From positions 142,857 through 206,856 of the forward strand of contig NMRA01000525.1 in assembly GCA_002633005.1 (NCBI GenBank): a DNA stretch of 64,000 bases. The letters run 5' to 3'. The notes under the pieces were generated by a model. That model was given only the letters and a program-made list of their open reading frames with translations, was not told the DNA's origin and ran no database searches. This DNA is from Phoronis australis. Taxonomy: Eukaryota; Animalia; Phoronida. Numbering within the stretch: position 1 is the stretch's first letter; the number at the start of each line of letters is the position of its first letter. Both the position numbers and the translations under genes were made by a program. This document shows positions 62,434 through 64,000 of this stretch, piece by piece.

Positions 62434-64000
62434 CTCGTCACAATCGTTTTATCCTTGATTACACCAGTTTGAGAGCACCGAATGAGTTTTGTCAATGGAA
62501 ACTTTCAAATAGGAACATTTCGTAACTCACAGCGCTGTATACAAGGAGTGGAAACTATTCCACGGCTGCGCGTCTAAATTCCAGCTACAATCCCTAACCC
62601 AGGCCACTACAGGCCTCAGTGCGGATTCGAATCTGCCACGTCCGCGGGCGCAGCATAACATTCCGCTAGAGGGGCTAAATGTCACTTGAAACCCTGACTC
62701 CTGAAGTCGCTGGCATTGATTTGATATCAGTGAATGTCTGAGAATTGGCGATTTGTACAATCGTCACAAAAACATAACGGATTTTGTTCTTTTATATCTA
62801 GTCCAGCAACAGTCCCAGAATTCTTTTTTGAGCGATAACAACGATAATGTTTCTAACTAGGGGTGCGAGTCTGAGGGTGTATACAGTGGTCCGGCGATAC
62901 TGGGATTTAAGAGTTCGTAGAGTGACAATTGATGGTTTGCATCCCAAGGTGAATACGCGTTTCAACTGTCGATTTTGGTTTCTTATTAGAAAGCGAAGAT
63001 CACTGACATTCATTTTTACGGCCATTTTGTGGAACATCACCCTAAATTGAAAAATTATCAAATTCCGTTTATCTTGAGAAAATTCGTTATTATACTGATA
63101 TTGCGCCGTTTGGGAATAAGTCTTGACTTTGATATAGCGTTTTGAAACTAAAAAAATGCGACCAAAATGTGTTTATTGAAATAGTAGAGTTTCTGATGAA
63201 GGAAACCAACTGATTCGGTTTTAAGGGACGTGTCCACCTGAGTTTTTTTATAAGGAACAACCCATGAACAGACACCGATCCTATAACTTAAAGCAAGTGA
63301 AATTCAAAAGACATTTTTATAAGAAAATTTGAATTATGTTCCTCTTTGCAATTCAGAATTTTAAAATATTTTCTTTATGAGAACGATAAATTCTGGGAAA
63401 TTGCGCTGAAGTTTAGGCTAAAAAATAGTAAAGCTAGTTCTAGTCTGATTTTTCAACATTGACTTGATCACGTGATTGAATTCTGTAAACAATTTTTAAC
63501 GAAAACTTCAGTTAAAGTTAGCCTAGTTTATTAAACTATAGCGATTTTTCAACAGCTTATTTTTGTTGAGACTGTTGGAAAGCTAAATTAACGAACCCCT
63601 GGGAAAATCTTTTCTATTTATTTTCAGCACCCGGGTTGGAAGACGAGCAAGCATTAAATTTTATTCGCACACATTAAGGTCCGAGTCCTTTCCCAAATAT
63701 TTTTGCTCAAAGGTTTAGCACATGGGTGCAGTCCGCGTAGGCGAAGCAACACACACACAGAGCCAGTGTCCCATATGGGGCCCACATTTACAGATTCAAT
63801 TTTATATGCGGTTCCTTTTCAAATTTTCAGAATATCAACTGTTTCCAAAGAAAGTTAATATTATAGCTGTTTTTTGTATTTCAATTCCACAAGTTTGTAT
63901 CATTCTACGGAATATATTAAAAATATACATAAATTGCGACCTTACCGTATAACTCCGAAAATAAGACCATGCGGAACAATGCGTTTTTCTCAGCAAGATT

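Overview
AT-rich, intron-rich animal genomic DNA. It looks like an invertebrate bilaterian, probably a deuterostome; this is an inference from gene structure and repeat types. There are no prokaryotic features, and most ORFs in the supplied track are noise. Three spliced genes can be reconstructed by hand with GT-AG boundaries and consistent phases. (1) A TFCP2/LSF/UBP1 (CP2-family) transcription factor on the minus strand, with 10 coding exons from 15140 to 455, running off the left edge. (2) Rheb on the plus strand, 15689-31965, 8 exons, 182 aa, CAAX = CTIS, head-to-head with TFCP2 (about 550 bp between ATGs). (3) A ~608-aa TBK1-adaptor-like gene of the AZI2(NAP1)/TBKBP1(SINTBAD)/TANK/Spindle-F family on the minus strand, 55077-51324, with an N-terminal FIR-like motif, coiled coil, TBD-like segment and two C-terminal UBZ-type zinc fingers. 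The rest is MITEs, non-autonomous DNA transposons, LINE 3' ends, a tRNA-derived SINE head and many minisatellites. Most notable: a DINE-1/HINE-like repeat carrying eight same-orientation CTCF-like motifs about 143 bp apart; minisatellites that multiply real splice sites in both TFCP2 and Rheb; a duplicated Rheb exon 7 at a single-N gap, probably two haplotypes differing by a TE insertion; and a 29-bp perfect palindrome with a 7-bp target-site duplication. I found no evidence for a wholly new multi-gene system; the findings below are the best candidates for novelty.
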